Shown: piece after piece, positions 1-11,929 of the stretch
Numbering within the stretch: position 1 is the stretch's first letter
How the letters are laid out: the number at the start of each line of letters is the position of its first letter
From: Octopus sinensis
Taxonomy: Eukaryota
NCBI RefSeq assembly: GCF_006345805.1
Contig: NC_042999.1
Location: forward strand, 131,626,001-131,690,000
Length of the DNA: 64,000 nucleotides
Direction of reading: 5' to 3'
Notes under the pieces: model-generated
Seen by the model: only the letters and a program-made list of their open reading frames with translations
Told to the model about the DNA's origin: nothing
Database searches by the model: none
Program-made: the position numbers and the translations under genes

Positions 1-587
1 ACTCCGTCACATCAATTGCAGGATATAACCAATCGCAGCCTCCAAATAAATCACGTGAGACAGTCTGTTCTCAACCCCAGTTTAAGCCGACTGCTCCCTA
101 TAAAAACTCAACTTCTCGTCTCAAGGATTTTTGGTTCAGACCATTTAAGGTCTAGCCACTGACCACACAAGACAGCCAGCTCCAGCGACCTCCATCTTCT
201 TCGCCAAAAGCATGTCTTTCACCAACGTCGTCAACATCATCTCTCTACGTACACAGCGCAACAAACAACTCGCCCATGTTTCAACGCTTCAATTCACGGT
301 TTATGAGTTAGGTCCACGAATTAACGGTGAATATACAACCTGCGAGGAATCCTGTATCGTGACCGGCTCAGCATCACAGCCACAACTTCACGTACGACAC
401 GTACCACAACCGGCTCCGCAGTACAGTCACAACGACTTGATACAGCATCGCAACAACCCGTGTACAGTTGATGACGAACTGGTATTCTCATTCTTGTGTT
501 CCTGAACATCTAACTTTTCATTATAGACTCTTTCCCTGTCTTCGTCTTCATTGCTATATAGGTACAACGCACACGCATACATCGATG

Positions 588-627
<40 letters not shown>

Positions 628-792
628 CACACACACACAACTATATCAATAAATCTTTCATAAGCATTCTACTCTGTTGTGTCTCTCTCTTTTCTCCCTG
701 CGCACATGACGTATTCCATCTCACATATATTGTAAGGACCGTGTGTTGTCCAACATCAACTCTCGTTTTCTCGCATCACACGGTCCTTTACA
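1..792 (+). mobile_element. LTR-like repeat, cut by the window start
   Basis: CCAAT 29-33, TATAAAA 99-105, AATAAA 648-653; ends ...TTACA at 792 with a subterminal inverted repeat (731-745/777-792); 130-168 resembles 58522-58560. Confidence 0.45.
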
Positions 793-2079
793 AGACTTTG
801 GAGCCAGTAAATATGCGGAAAGTTATATTATATTCATTAGAAATCGTAATAGAGATATTTAGATGAAAACAATACAGGTGCTTTTACCAGAACAAAGTTC
901 CAAAGCCTTTCCAGATGACAGATTTTTCCGAGCCAGTGGCCAGGGTAGTGGTACCTTGGATGACTCAAATATTAAGTTTACCTAAATAATTAAATGAAAT
1001 ACAGGTATCAGTACACAATCATAAATGATAAAGGTTTATTAATATTCTATTGTACATGGTACTAATCGGTGCAAGGTATCAGTTAACTAGTCTAGTGGCC
1101 GCAGGAATTTTAAGTTCTTCGTGAAAAACTTGATTATAAGAGGCTCTGGACCATCAGTGTTCAGAAAGCCGATGTTATGCCGGTATTGGATTGTATTTTT
1201 ATAATGATCACTTTCAGTTTGTAACTGGTAGCTGTCACTTTTCTACTTGAGGGAAACGTTAAATTCAAATAATAGGATCAGAAATTTATGTTAAATCGTC
1301 TTAATAAGATTCCTCGAGATTAGATTAACTGGTAATAGTTAAATCTCTAAAACAACGTGTCTCTGGTGTAAACTGTTTTCGCTATCATTTACAATGAAAG
1401 AATATTTGATTATTTGTTTGTGAATAAAACACTACAACTGCAACTTTATATCATATGAATTAGGTTTAAATAAAGGGTCAGCTCAAGATTTCCATACGTA
1501 ACAAGGGACCGAGTAGTAGTTCTTAACTAAAATTAATCTAATGTTATTTTATTCATCTGCATAGGTTTTTACCTTATAGATTTCCTTTTCTACCAGTAAC
1601 CAAAGCAATTTTTCTATTGTATATTCATTTGAACGAATGAAAGCAACTTGCAGCTTTCATGCTGTATAAATGTTATGCAGAAACCTATTTTGCTTACTTG
1701 CTTACTGAATAGGATGAGAAGCACGATGCGTGCTAACCAAACAAGGGCGTTGCTTATTGAATGTCAAAGTCATATTGAAAAGAAAAGAAACTGAGGCTTG
1801 TTGTTGAACAATTGTAATATTAGACAAACGCAGGCTATATTTACAAAACAGCTTTCTGAATTCTACATCAGGTTACTCTAGAAGTATTGATCTTTTACCT
1901 CCTCTCATGGGGTATTTACTTACGGCCCTTTACGATCTGAGTTCAAATCATGCAAAAATAAACTTCGGGAGTTTGTCCTTCAAGGGTCGATAAAATAAAG
2001 TACCAGTCAAATATTAAGTCAATGCAAAAGACTATGACACTACCCCTCCATAATTTCAGGCCCTAAGGTGAATTTGTGA

Positions 2080-2375
2080 AACCCTAACCCTAACCCAAAT
2101 AGGGTTAGGGTTAGGGTTAGGGTTAGGGTTAGGGTTAGGGTTAGGGTTAGGGTTAGGGTTAGGGTTAGGGTAGGGTTAGGTTAGGGTTGGGTTAGGGTTA
2201 GGGTTAGGGTTAGGGTTAGGGTTAGGGTTAGGGTAGGGNNNNNNNNNNNNNNNNNNNNNNNNNNNNNNNNNNNNNNNNNNNNNNNNNNNNNNNNNNNNNN
2301 NNNNNNNNNNNNNNNNNNNNNNNNNNNNNNNNNNNNNNTAGGTTAGGGTTAGGGTTAGGGTTAGGGTTAGGGTTA
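2080..2375 (+). repeat. Interstitial telomeric (TTAGGG)n array preceded by a short inverted (CCCTAA) tract; spans an assembly gap
   Basis: aaccctaaccctaaccc 2080-2096, then TTAGGG repeats 2101-2238 and 2339-2375. Confidence 0.95.
2239..2338. other. Scaffold gap (100 N)
   Basis: Run of 100 N. Confidence 1.
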
Positions 2376-3759
2376 CATGTGTTTAATTCCAAAACGGGAA
2401 TGAACGGTCAATTTTCAGAAGAATATAGTTAAAATGATATTACTTAAAATCACCGTTCTGAAACGGATAAATGCAACGCAACTGACTGAAATCGAACCAT
2501 GTACCTATAGCTTTTGCTTTAAAATTCTTCACAGTTAATTCATTCATAATAATGATAGTGCTGTCAAGAATTTCGTTCTAATTTGGCGGTTGAGAATGTT
2601 CGAGTTACTCTTGTGTTTCATAAATCAGCATGTAAAATGACTGATCAGCTGTTTGTACCCTTATGGAATATAAATATATTTATACTAATATCCATATACC
2701 AACAATACATTCATTATGTTTACTAGAAAGAGTTTTCATGGAATTTAGTTAAAAGAATAAAAGAAAGAAAAAAACCCAATTAACTATCCAATTACTAAAG
2801 TTTTATATCACAGGATGAAATCGAATGTTTCATATGTTTGGTGTTTGTTATCTGTGTATTGAAAGCGAGAAAAATCGAAGTGATGTGTGAAATTACACAT
2901 TTAACGATTGAAGCAAAACTGTCCCAGCACTAAACCGTGATCTTACACCACAAGTTATACGTTAAGAAGCACCACACACGCTTTGTTTACCTTTTTACCG
3001 TTGGTTTGTTATGACATGAACAACCGCAAGCAAATATCTGTCATATCTAGATTAAAAACTCAATAAAATTAATCCCGTAATCCACTGCATTTAAACACTG
3101 CAGAGAGAGACACAGAAGTAATCTGAATAGTTATTTGTAAATCCTGAACAGCAATGTTACTCATAAATGACCAATCATAAACACCTTAGGAATGTTTGAG
3201 GAATGCAAATTATTTCATATGATAGATCCATGACACAAAACTCACGAAAGAAACTTCAGTTATTTAGTAAGATCGTGCTTTACCTAGAAGTCAAAATAAA
3301 GTTATTTGATCTTTCAAACTGACAATAAAATACATCTCCGGAAGGATAAATTTACGCGGGCAATTATATACTGAGAGAAAAATTTTGAAAAAGCAAAGAA
3401 GAGAGCTGTAGTCGCAGATTGTGTTAAATTTGATGAATGTTCTTAATTAATCAGTTTGTTGGAGTGAAAATTTCAAGGGTGAAGCTATCGAAGTTGATCG
3501 AATAATTAAAAAGTAATGGAAGGGAATTAGAACAACTTAAAAAGCAACTTTCCAAGGGGGAAGAGTTAAATTCATTGGTAATTGATGATCGTTTGCAGTT
3601 GATAAAACATTATTATCCCAACATCTATATAACATTTCTTTTCAGATACGGGAAATTTCAGTTTCAGTGATGAAATAAGCTGTAAGACGTGTACTATCAC
3701 ATAAATGATAAATTAAAACTAATACAGTCAACTGATAGCTATCCATATATCACAATGTA

Positions 3760-5035
3760 CGAGGGACGTTCAATAAGTAATGCCTCTAACCCACTTGCAG
3801 TTGTTTGATCTAGCTGAAATTTTGCATGTGCAATCATTTATATCTCTATAGAGTAAGTGGCAAATTACAGCTCTGTGGTTTCTGATTTACAGGTGTTTGA
3901 ACCGAGTCAAGTGTGAAATGGAGCCTGTTGAGTGTCGAGCAGTGATCCGGTTTTTGTATTTGAAAGGACGCACACCACGGAAGACTTTTGATGAAATGAA
4001 AGTAACTTATGGTGATGATGCCCCATCATATGACCTTGTAAAATGCTGGCATCGTGAATTCAAACATGGTCGGAACTCTGTGGAAACAGCTCCCAGATCT
4101 GGTCGCCCCTTCTGCCATTGATGAGGCATCTGTCCGTCAAGTTGAGGCTGCCATTTTGGAAGATCGACGCATAATTATTCGCCATATAGCCTATGAGGTC
4201 AAGATTAGTACCGGGTCTGTGGAAACTATCATTCATGACCATTTGCATATGCAAAAGGTGTCTGCCAGATGGATTCCCAGGTTGCTCACGCCTTTCCAGA
4301 AGCAAGAACGCATCGAGTGCTCGAGGGTGAATTTGGAGATGTGCCAAGAAGATGAGTCAAAATTTTTCAAAAGACTGATTACACAGGATGAAACCTGGGT
4401 CCATCACGATGATCCAGAGACCAAAGCCCAGTCAATGCAGTGGAAGCACCGTGACTCACCCCCTCCAAAGAAGGCAAGGGTGCAGCCCTCCGCTGGCAAG
4501 GTCATGTTCACAGTCTTCTGGGACCAGGACGGAGTAGTAGATTTCCTGGCAAAGGGTACCACAATTGCAGGAGCCTATTATGCTTCACTTTTGAGGAAAT
4601 TAAGAGAAGTTATCAAAATCAAGAGGCGGGGCAAGATCAGCAAAGGCATCCTCCTCCTGCAGGACAACGCTCCGGTCCACAACTCGCTTGTCGCAAGATC
4701 AGAAGCACAGGCGTATGGCTATGAACTCCTCCCCCATCCTCCCTACTTTCCTGACCTTGCACCCTCTGATTTTCACCTCTTCCCAGTCATGAAGTTGTTT
4801 TTGAAAGGAAAGCGTTTCCCAGATGATGCAGCCTTGATTTCTGAAGTCACGTTCAGTTTGGAGGACCAAGCTGGGGTCTTCTACAAAAACGGTCTCCAGA
4901 GCTGCATCAAACAATGGGAGAAATTCGTAACTCTGGGTGGTTCCTATGTAGAAAAAGACTAATAACTGTGCCAAGTTTCGTTGCTCTACTGCTATGGGAA
5001 GTGGGTCAGGGGCATTACTTATTGAACGCCCCTCG
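3760..5035 (+). mobile_element. Full-length mariner (DD34D) transposon, probably irritans-like
   Basis: TIRs cgagggacgttcaataagtaatgcc / ggcattacttattgaacgcccctcg, TA on both sides, 1276 bp. Confidence 0.95.
3918..4962 (+). pseudogene. Mariner transposase with one frameshift at ~4106-4110
   Basis: MEPVECRAVIRFL...RSGRP, then WIPRLL, TQDETW, QDNA and YFPDLAPSDF in the next frame; 34 residues between the 2nd and 3rd catalytic D. Confidence 0.92.
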
Positions 5036-5988
5036 TACATACACTGTCGACGAGTAAGGTGTTTGAGTTTTTCGTCCGAGACAAAAATCTCTTCTGTTAA
5101 AAACCCAATATATATTGACGGAAGACGAAACATCATCCCAGCAACAGCAACTGAGAATGTCAGATGTATTTCGGTCTTTTTGCGCCTTATCAATGTCTTG
5201 TATTCGCAGGGACGAAATTTCTCACCTGTCGTACATATGAAAACAGTGAACAACACATTCACTAATTTTGCGAATAGCTGCCAGGCTGAAGAAAATTCCA
5301 GTATACGCAATCGAAGAAGTATTGAAATAGCCATCTATGTATCATACTTAATACATATACACCGTTGACAGGCTATTTTAAATTAATTCTGCCTCGCTTG
5401 CGTACAACGGATTTTTATTCACCCGAGTGGCTATTCGCAATATCACAGTAAATTCGTTGTTTATTGTGATTAGAGGGAGATTTAGATACTGCTGGTCTAA
5501 ATCCGGCCCTTGTTATACATCTATGAAATAGCTACTTGAAATAGTATATCTTAAACATTATATAGCTGAAAACGACTTGTGGATTTGTTTTTGGTTAAAA
5601 CTGAAATTATTGGTTAACTTAAGACTTCCCCACAAGGTAGAATTCTCTGGAAACTTATTACCTGATGCATAAATACTAAGTACTTCCCTATCTTTTCTCT
5701 CGAATGCTAAACCACTAACGCGCTATGAAGAAGAAAATGCTTTCCATGAATTTCCTCTAGACTGTAATTATCTCTATCTGTACTGAATTGTCTCACTTAA
5801 AATGTTACTTAATAAGTGAAGCTAAGGGTTTCTAAAAAGAATGAAATAATACTACATATGATTGCTACCGACTAAAAATGTTTAAAACTTCGTAATAAAT
5901 AAGCAAAAATAATAAGTATATAAATTCTACGTATCTTTTCCTTATAATTCCTTAATTTCAAATTAAAATTTCTAATCCCGCTAAATAT

Positions 5989-6205
5989 TGGTTTCAAACT
6001 TTGACACTAGGCCAGTAATTTCGTGGGGGAGGGGTTAAGTCAACTACATAGACATCAGTGCTCAACTTATAGTTATTTCCTCGATCCCGAAGGGATGAAA
6101 GGCAACGTTAATCTCGGCGGAATTTGAACTCAGAACGTTGGAGACAGATGAAATGCTGCTAAGCATTTCGCCCGGCGAGCTAACGATTCTACCAGCTCAC
6201 CGCCA
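5989..6205 (-). mobile_element. SINE family B copy with 16-bp TSD
   Basis: Reverse complement of ggcggtgagctggtagaatcgttagc...gcctttcatcc; TSD taatcccgctaaatat at 5973-5988 and 6206-6221. Confidence 0.85.
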
Positions 6206-7509
6206 TAATCCCGCTAAATATCAGGAAGAAATGATAATGTTCCTTGTAATAACTGCGACCGCTTAGAGAAAATGCATTTTTGAAAAATGTTTGATATTAT
6301 AACATAGCTAGCACAGAAAGAACTAAGCAAAACGAATATATAGATTGGTGTATGCGTTGTAGCGTGCTGAAATATATGACGAACTGTGTTGTGGATATTG
6401 GATTTACAGGTTGGATCTTGATGTGAAGACAATACTCAAGTGCATATATGAAGTATCTACGATGTTCGGTTGGGAAGAAGGAGAGAAAAAAAAATGCTAC
6501 TTAAATTTCTCCTTTCAAAGAGATTAAGAGGACTATATATCTTCTGAAAAACCAGTTGCTCCTATTAAACATTATTCTCTATGTCAACACATGTATATAT
6601 ATATATGTGTGTGTGTATGTGTGTGTGTGTGTGAGGTAGAGTGTTTGAGAGAGAGAGAGGGTGGGAGAGAGAAGATACTCCCCAGCTGTGACATAAATAC
6701 CAGTCGATAATAAGTGTGGAAGTTTAAAACATTTAATTCATTCGTGCTTATAGTAATTTCCTTGAATTTAACCGATGCTACTCTATCGATCCATGAGTGA
6801 GGTATTGAGGCTACATGCTCTAGTTCTAGATATCTTACTATTCCCTATTGAAGGGACGTTATGGTGTCGTAAGTGTTGTAGCCAGACACAGACATATAAA
6901 TATATGCCTGTGCGTGCAAATGTTTTGGACGTTTGATAGCTCGTAAAGTATTTAGTTCTTAATGTTTCTATTTATTTGAAACAGCTGTAGTTGATTAACT
7001 CTAGATTATTCCAGTTCAAAAATATTTCAGTCACTACCATCCTATCTTTTTCAAGCACAATGCATCTAAGATTATAACGCAGAATGTGATTTGAAGTAGA
7101 CTTGGTCGCTATGTTCAGCAAATCGAACCACCGCGTTGAGACACACTCTTTAATTCGTCAGTGAAATGGCTGATTACCTTTACATTTTTTTTTTTTTTCT
7201 ACTCTTTAACTCAAAAGTGTATGTGCGCGCATGTGCATGCAGTGCTGAACTAGCAAAATTTTCAAAGCTTAAATGTTAGCAACCGGTTCATTGTTCAAAG
7301 AAGATATTTCAATCACAGATACTTTGAAACAAATTCCAAATTTGGAAATAAAATAGTTTCACTAAAATAGCTTTTCATTACTACAATATCTAGTTTGGAT
7401 AGTATATGGAATTCGAGGTAAGTGGTGATGGTCTGCGACGGAAAAATCAGCTGATGTAACTTTCGAAAGATTAGTAGTTTATTTAGCATGAGCATTGTCC
7501 AATATAACG

Positions 7510-7545
<36 letters not shown>

Positions 7546-7557
7546 CGAAGCATAATT
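7510..7557 (+). pseudogene. Isolated 28S rRNA fragment (peptidyl-transferase region)
   Basis: tttttgatccttcgatgtcggctcttcctatcattgcgaagca matches the conserved eukaryotic LSU rRNA sequence; no rDNA in the flanks. Confidence 0.85.
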
Positions 7558-7739
7558 TGGACTCATGTCCAAAATCTAAAAGTGAACCGGATGAATGACA
7601 GATAGCTCTGCTCCGCATCAACTCCACTGAAGTCTCCCAGTGTTGTACATACCAAGTTCCTATCGCCGATACTGGGACATGTCATACCTCCTCTCTTTTT
7701 CCCCGCAAGGTCTTAGCATCAATACTACAGCCTACACCG

Positions 7740-8502
7740 AGACAATGGAGACGTTCATCAAACCCTGAATTGAGGGAGTAGCTCGGAAAACGACTACGTG
7801 TTCCAGCAAGACTCTGATCCTTCTTATACAGCTTGCACGACCCAAGAGTGGATGGCCAAAAATTTTCGTGACCATGTTACCAAAAATTCTTGGCTTCCTA
7901 GCTCTCCTGATTAAAACCCGTTGGATTATTTTGTCCTGGAGCATCGTTGAGAGGAGACTAACGATCATGCTCACAATATCTAGAAACCGTCTCTGGGTAG
8001 TATTCGAGGCTAATGACGGTTTTATTGGCTATTCTTTTGCTGTGTATAAGTAAGCGCATGTGTATCAAATTCTATTAAGATATATTGTGTTTTTTTTCTA
8101 ATAAATATTTTTGTTTTTCTTAGATCAGGGGTGCTCAACTATTTTTTATCTATGGACCCCTTTGCTTACTATTTTTACTCTGGTGGACACCTATAGCTTT
8201 TCTATGTTTAAAAACTAGTTTTATAGAGACTTCTTTCAAAATACCTATGTTTTTCTTCACGCATTAATTTGTGTAGGTTGCACTATGTAAAACATTAGAG
8301 AGAAAAAACCTTGATGCTTCTTGCAATACATAGCAATACATACATCGAAAGCAAAATGTTTTCAGGGGTCCTTAGAATGCTATTGTGGATCCCCAATTTA
8401 CTATTTTGTTGCGTGGACCCCCAAATATTCTATATGGACTCTGGTTGAGAACCAATACCTTTGATGAAAATTCTGTTCTCAAACAGCTGGGGAACCCTGT
8501 AT
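7740..8502 (+). mobile_element. 3' remnant of a DD37D (maT-like) Tc1/mariner element
   Basis: Translates YVFQQDSDPSY...WLPSSPD*NPLDYFV with 37 residues between the Ds; ends ...aaccctgta. Confidence 0.75.
8126..8457. mobile_element. hAT-type MITE nested in the DD37D remnant
   Basis: Termini caggggtgctcaac ... ggttgagaaccaata; internal tggacccc repeats. Confidence 0.6.
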
Positions 8503-8908
8503 ATGTATATACTTATGTATGTATGTGTGTGTGTGCGTAGTTCACCAGCTAAGGATACACGAAGCAGTTTAATCTGATAGTACAGATATGATGCTAGACT
8601 GCAAACTTTGAAACTCCAAACTTTTCGTACACAATCAGTGACAGAAGGGATGTGTCATAATCGTAGATTGCACATTTATCCTAGCATAATGTTAGGTATT
8701 TCATAAAAGAAACGAGACGCAATAGAACAAGAGAAACAATCAAATATAGATGTAATATATGCGTGGTCACAATATCTCGCGGAGAATGTACATAACAGAA
8801 TGAACATTATTTGTGCCCCACTTCGTGAAGGTGATACTCTTTCTCCCTCCCCCTCTCTCCTTATATATATATATATACACGCACATATATATGTATATAT
8901 GTACCTAT

Positions 8909-8966
<58 letters not shown>

Positions 8967-8968
8967 TG

Positions 8969-9000
<32 letters not shown>

Positions 9001-9054
9001 TATACATATATATTCACACACATATATATACAGACATACTCATATGCATGTATA

Positions 9055-9119
<65 letters not shown>

Positions 9120-10276
9120 TGTAAGCGTATTAGTGTTTGTTTCCCCATCGCTTGTTCTTTTTAGATAAGGGCAGGCTGTGTGGTTAAGAAGCCCATGACT
9201 TCGGGTTCTGTCCCACTGCACAGCACCCTGGGCCGATGTAGCCTTATGAGTGAATACATTAGACGGATTCCTTATGTTGAAAATTGGTATATATACACAG
9301 TTTATCTATTCTGGTTATAATATCATTTTTAGTAATCTTAAATTTTATCTTCATGCAACATAACAATATTGTTTATATACAACCATCCATTGTACCCTAT
9401 AATAATTTTCTCTGTATTAACATCATAGGTTTTATTAGCGTCTTGCCCCTTTAAATGGTAATTAACATTTTGATTTAGGGTCTTCCCCTACCCACCCTTC
9501 CTTATAGACAATTACTTATACATTTCCTAAAATCTTGACAATATTTATGACGATACCCAACTATAAACTGTCAACTCACTCCCTCTGTCCAATGAACCAC
9601 AATCCTTTACAATATATGACCCTAACAAACTTCATACAGTTCTTAGAAGTGTATGAAGTTTGAAACCTCCAAAATTAGGGGATTCCTTATACACGAAGGT
9701 TCCTTACACACGTTAAAATATGGTACATTTACCTGGGGATACCAAAATGTGCTTAGGGTCTCTATGGTTCTTAATCTGGCCCTGATTGTAACATATATAT
9801 GTACACGCAGGCATGCGTATCGGGTTGATGGCCTTTAGACATGACAAAACAGGAAGAAAAACAATAGAAATGAAATCAGGTTAAAACTAACGATTGACGA
9901 AGTTGCTCTCTCTATGAAGACAACTCTTCTGGCAAATTTATATTTGTCGACCTGTAGTGACGTCAGTACTATTGTTTAAGACAGAGCGGTTTGGTGAAGA
10001 GGACAAAACGACTCCGTTTTTGAGGCCCATAGATTAATTAGCAGCAGCCACCATTCAGCACAAATTGATTGTCTTACCTTCGAGTATGGCCTGTGAAACC
10101 ATGTAATTTATCTCATTCGCAGCCACGTCAGAGCATTATCCCCGTAGCATTGTGTGAATTAAATATTATAAGTAAAAATTCATCAGCAATGTCATTAACC
10201 TATTCATTTGAGTTGAATGGTAACTTTTACTCGTTAATCAAATGACTCAGTCGGTATTTAAAAAATTTGTTTTTAT

Positions 10277-10459
10277 TTTACTTGTTTCAGTCATTTGACT
10301 GCGGCCATGCTGGAGCACCGCCTTTAGTCGAGCAAATCGACCCCGGGACTTATTGTTTGTAAGCCCAGTACTTATTCTATCGGTCTCTTTTGCCGAACCG
10401 CTAAGTAACGGGGACGTAAACACACCAGCATCGGTTGTCAAGCAATGCTAGGGGGACAA

Positions 10460-10502
<43 letters not shown>

Positions 10503-10660
10503 TACGACGGGCTTCTTTCAGTTTCCGTCTACCAAATCCACTCACAAGGCTTTGGTTGGCCCGAGGCTATAGCAGAAGACACTTGCCCAAAATGCCACGC
10601 AGTGGGACTGAACCCGGAACCATGTGGTTGGTTAGCAAGCTACTTACCACACAGCCACTC
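10277..10660 (-). mobile_element. SINE family A (tRNA-derived, internal TA microsatellite)
   Basis: Near-identical to 61351-61728 in reverse orientation. Confidence 0.9.
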
Positions 10661-11138
10661 ACTTGTTTTATCTTCACCAAAACGTTCTGACCTTAGAGTT
10701 TGACGTTTCCGTCAATCGATAAATATTGTCTTCTACATGAGGTAGATTTCGATATACATGGATTCGAACCTGAATCTTCTTCTATTAAAGTAAAAAAAAA
10801 AAAGAAAAAAAATGGTAGAAGTTTGCTTTCCAGCCACATGGTTCTGGGTTCAGTCTCACTGCGTAGCACCTTAGGCAAGTGTCTTCTACCAAAGCTGACC
10901 AAAGCTTTGTTAGTGGATTTAGTAGACGGAAACTGAAAGAAGACCGTTCTATATATTTTATCGGATGCAGCTGTGCATCGTTAACCAACTAGAGCAGATG
11001 TCCTCTTGGAGTTAAAAAATCGCACTAGAGTCCGTTCGAACGGACAGCCATATTAAAGTGGCTACGAATATTACTTATATATATATATATATATACATAC
11101 ATATATATATATATATATATAATATATATATATATATT

Positions 11139-11188
<50 letters not shown>

Positions 11189-11194
11189 ATATAT

Positions 11195-11229
<35 letters not shown>

Positions 11230-11272
11230 TATATATATATATAGATATATATATATATATAGATAGATAGAT

Positions 11273-11582
11273 AAAACTTACTTGAAAAAGGACGCGTGGC
11301 GTTCGATCATATAATAATAGAAATAATATATAAATATATGCATATATACATACATATATGTACATACCTACATATATATGTATATATACATGCATATATG
11401 GATACAGGACATTAAAAAAACGTTGAACACAATGATAAACGAAAACATAAAAACAAAAACCTAGAAACGAACTTTTTTTTTCGAACAACGAAAAAAACAA
11501 ACAGAGAAACGAGACATGCAACATAAAGAATACTCCCCTTCTTCAGTTGTCCCTGTTTCATCTGCTTCACGTTTCGAAGGCT
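11273..11582 (-). mobile_element. (TA)n-associated repeat, Penelope-like 3' region
   Basis: Homologous to 17520-17740 plus 16960-17044; carries CGAAACGT; abuts a (TA)n tract. Confidence 0.55.
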
Positions 11583-11929
11583 TTATCACACGCTTTGGAA
11601 CAGCCACGACGTAAAATAAAGCGCTAATCATTATTCTATGGACACGGATGTGTCTCTCGAGGCCTGCTGGTGCCTTGCAAACATTTTAGCAAATTGAACA
11701 AGTTGAAGACTCAGTTTGCTTGAGTGCTTGTGAATCATTCACTATGTATTTTCTTGAGTGGACGGCAAGGCCTGATTTGTTTCGTGCTACAAAACCACAG
11801 TGACAGGTAAAGTTTCTATTTAGATGAGCAACTTTTTGCCAGCGTACCTTCATGCTTGCACGAAGATGGTCCCGATGCTGGAATCAACTTTGCTCAAATC
11901 TTTGAACTGAGGCAAAGTAGCACTGACAC

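Noticed and set aside
2080-2120. Telomere-telomere chromosome fusion site
   Set aside because: Polarity is CCCTAA then TTAGGG, opposite to the fusion signature
4699-5368. 211-aa and 124-aa ORFs
   Set aside because: Antisense or read-through across the mariner TIR; no recognisable domain
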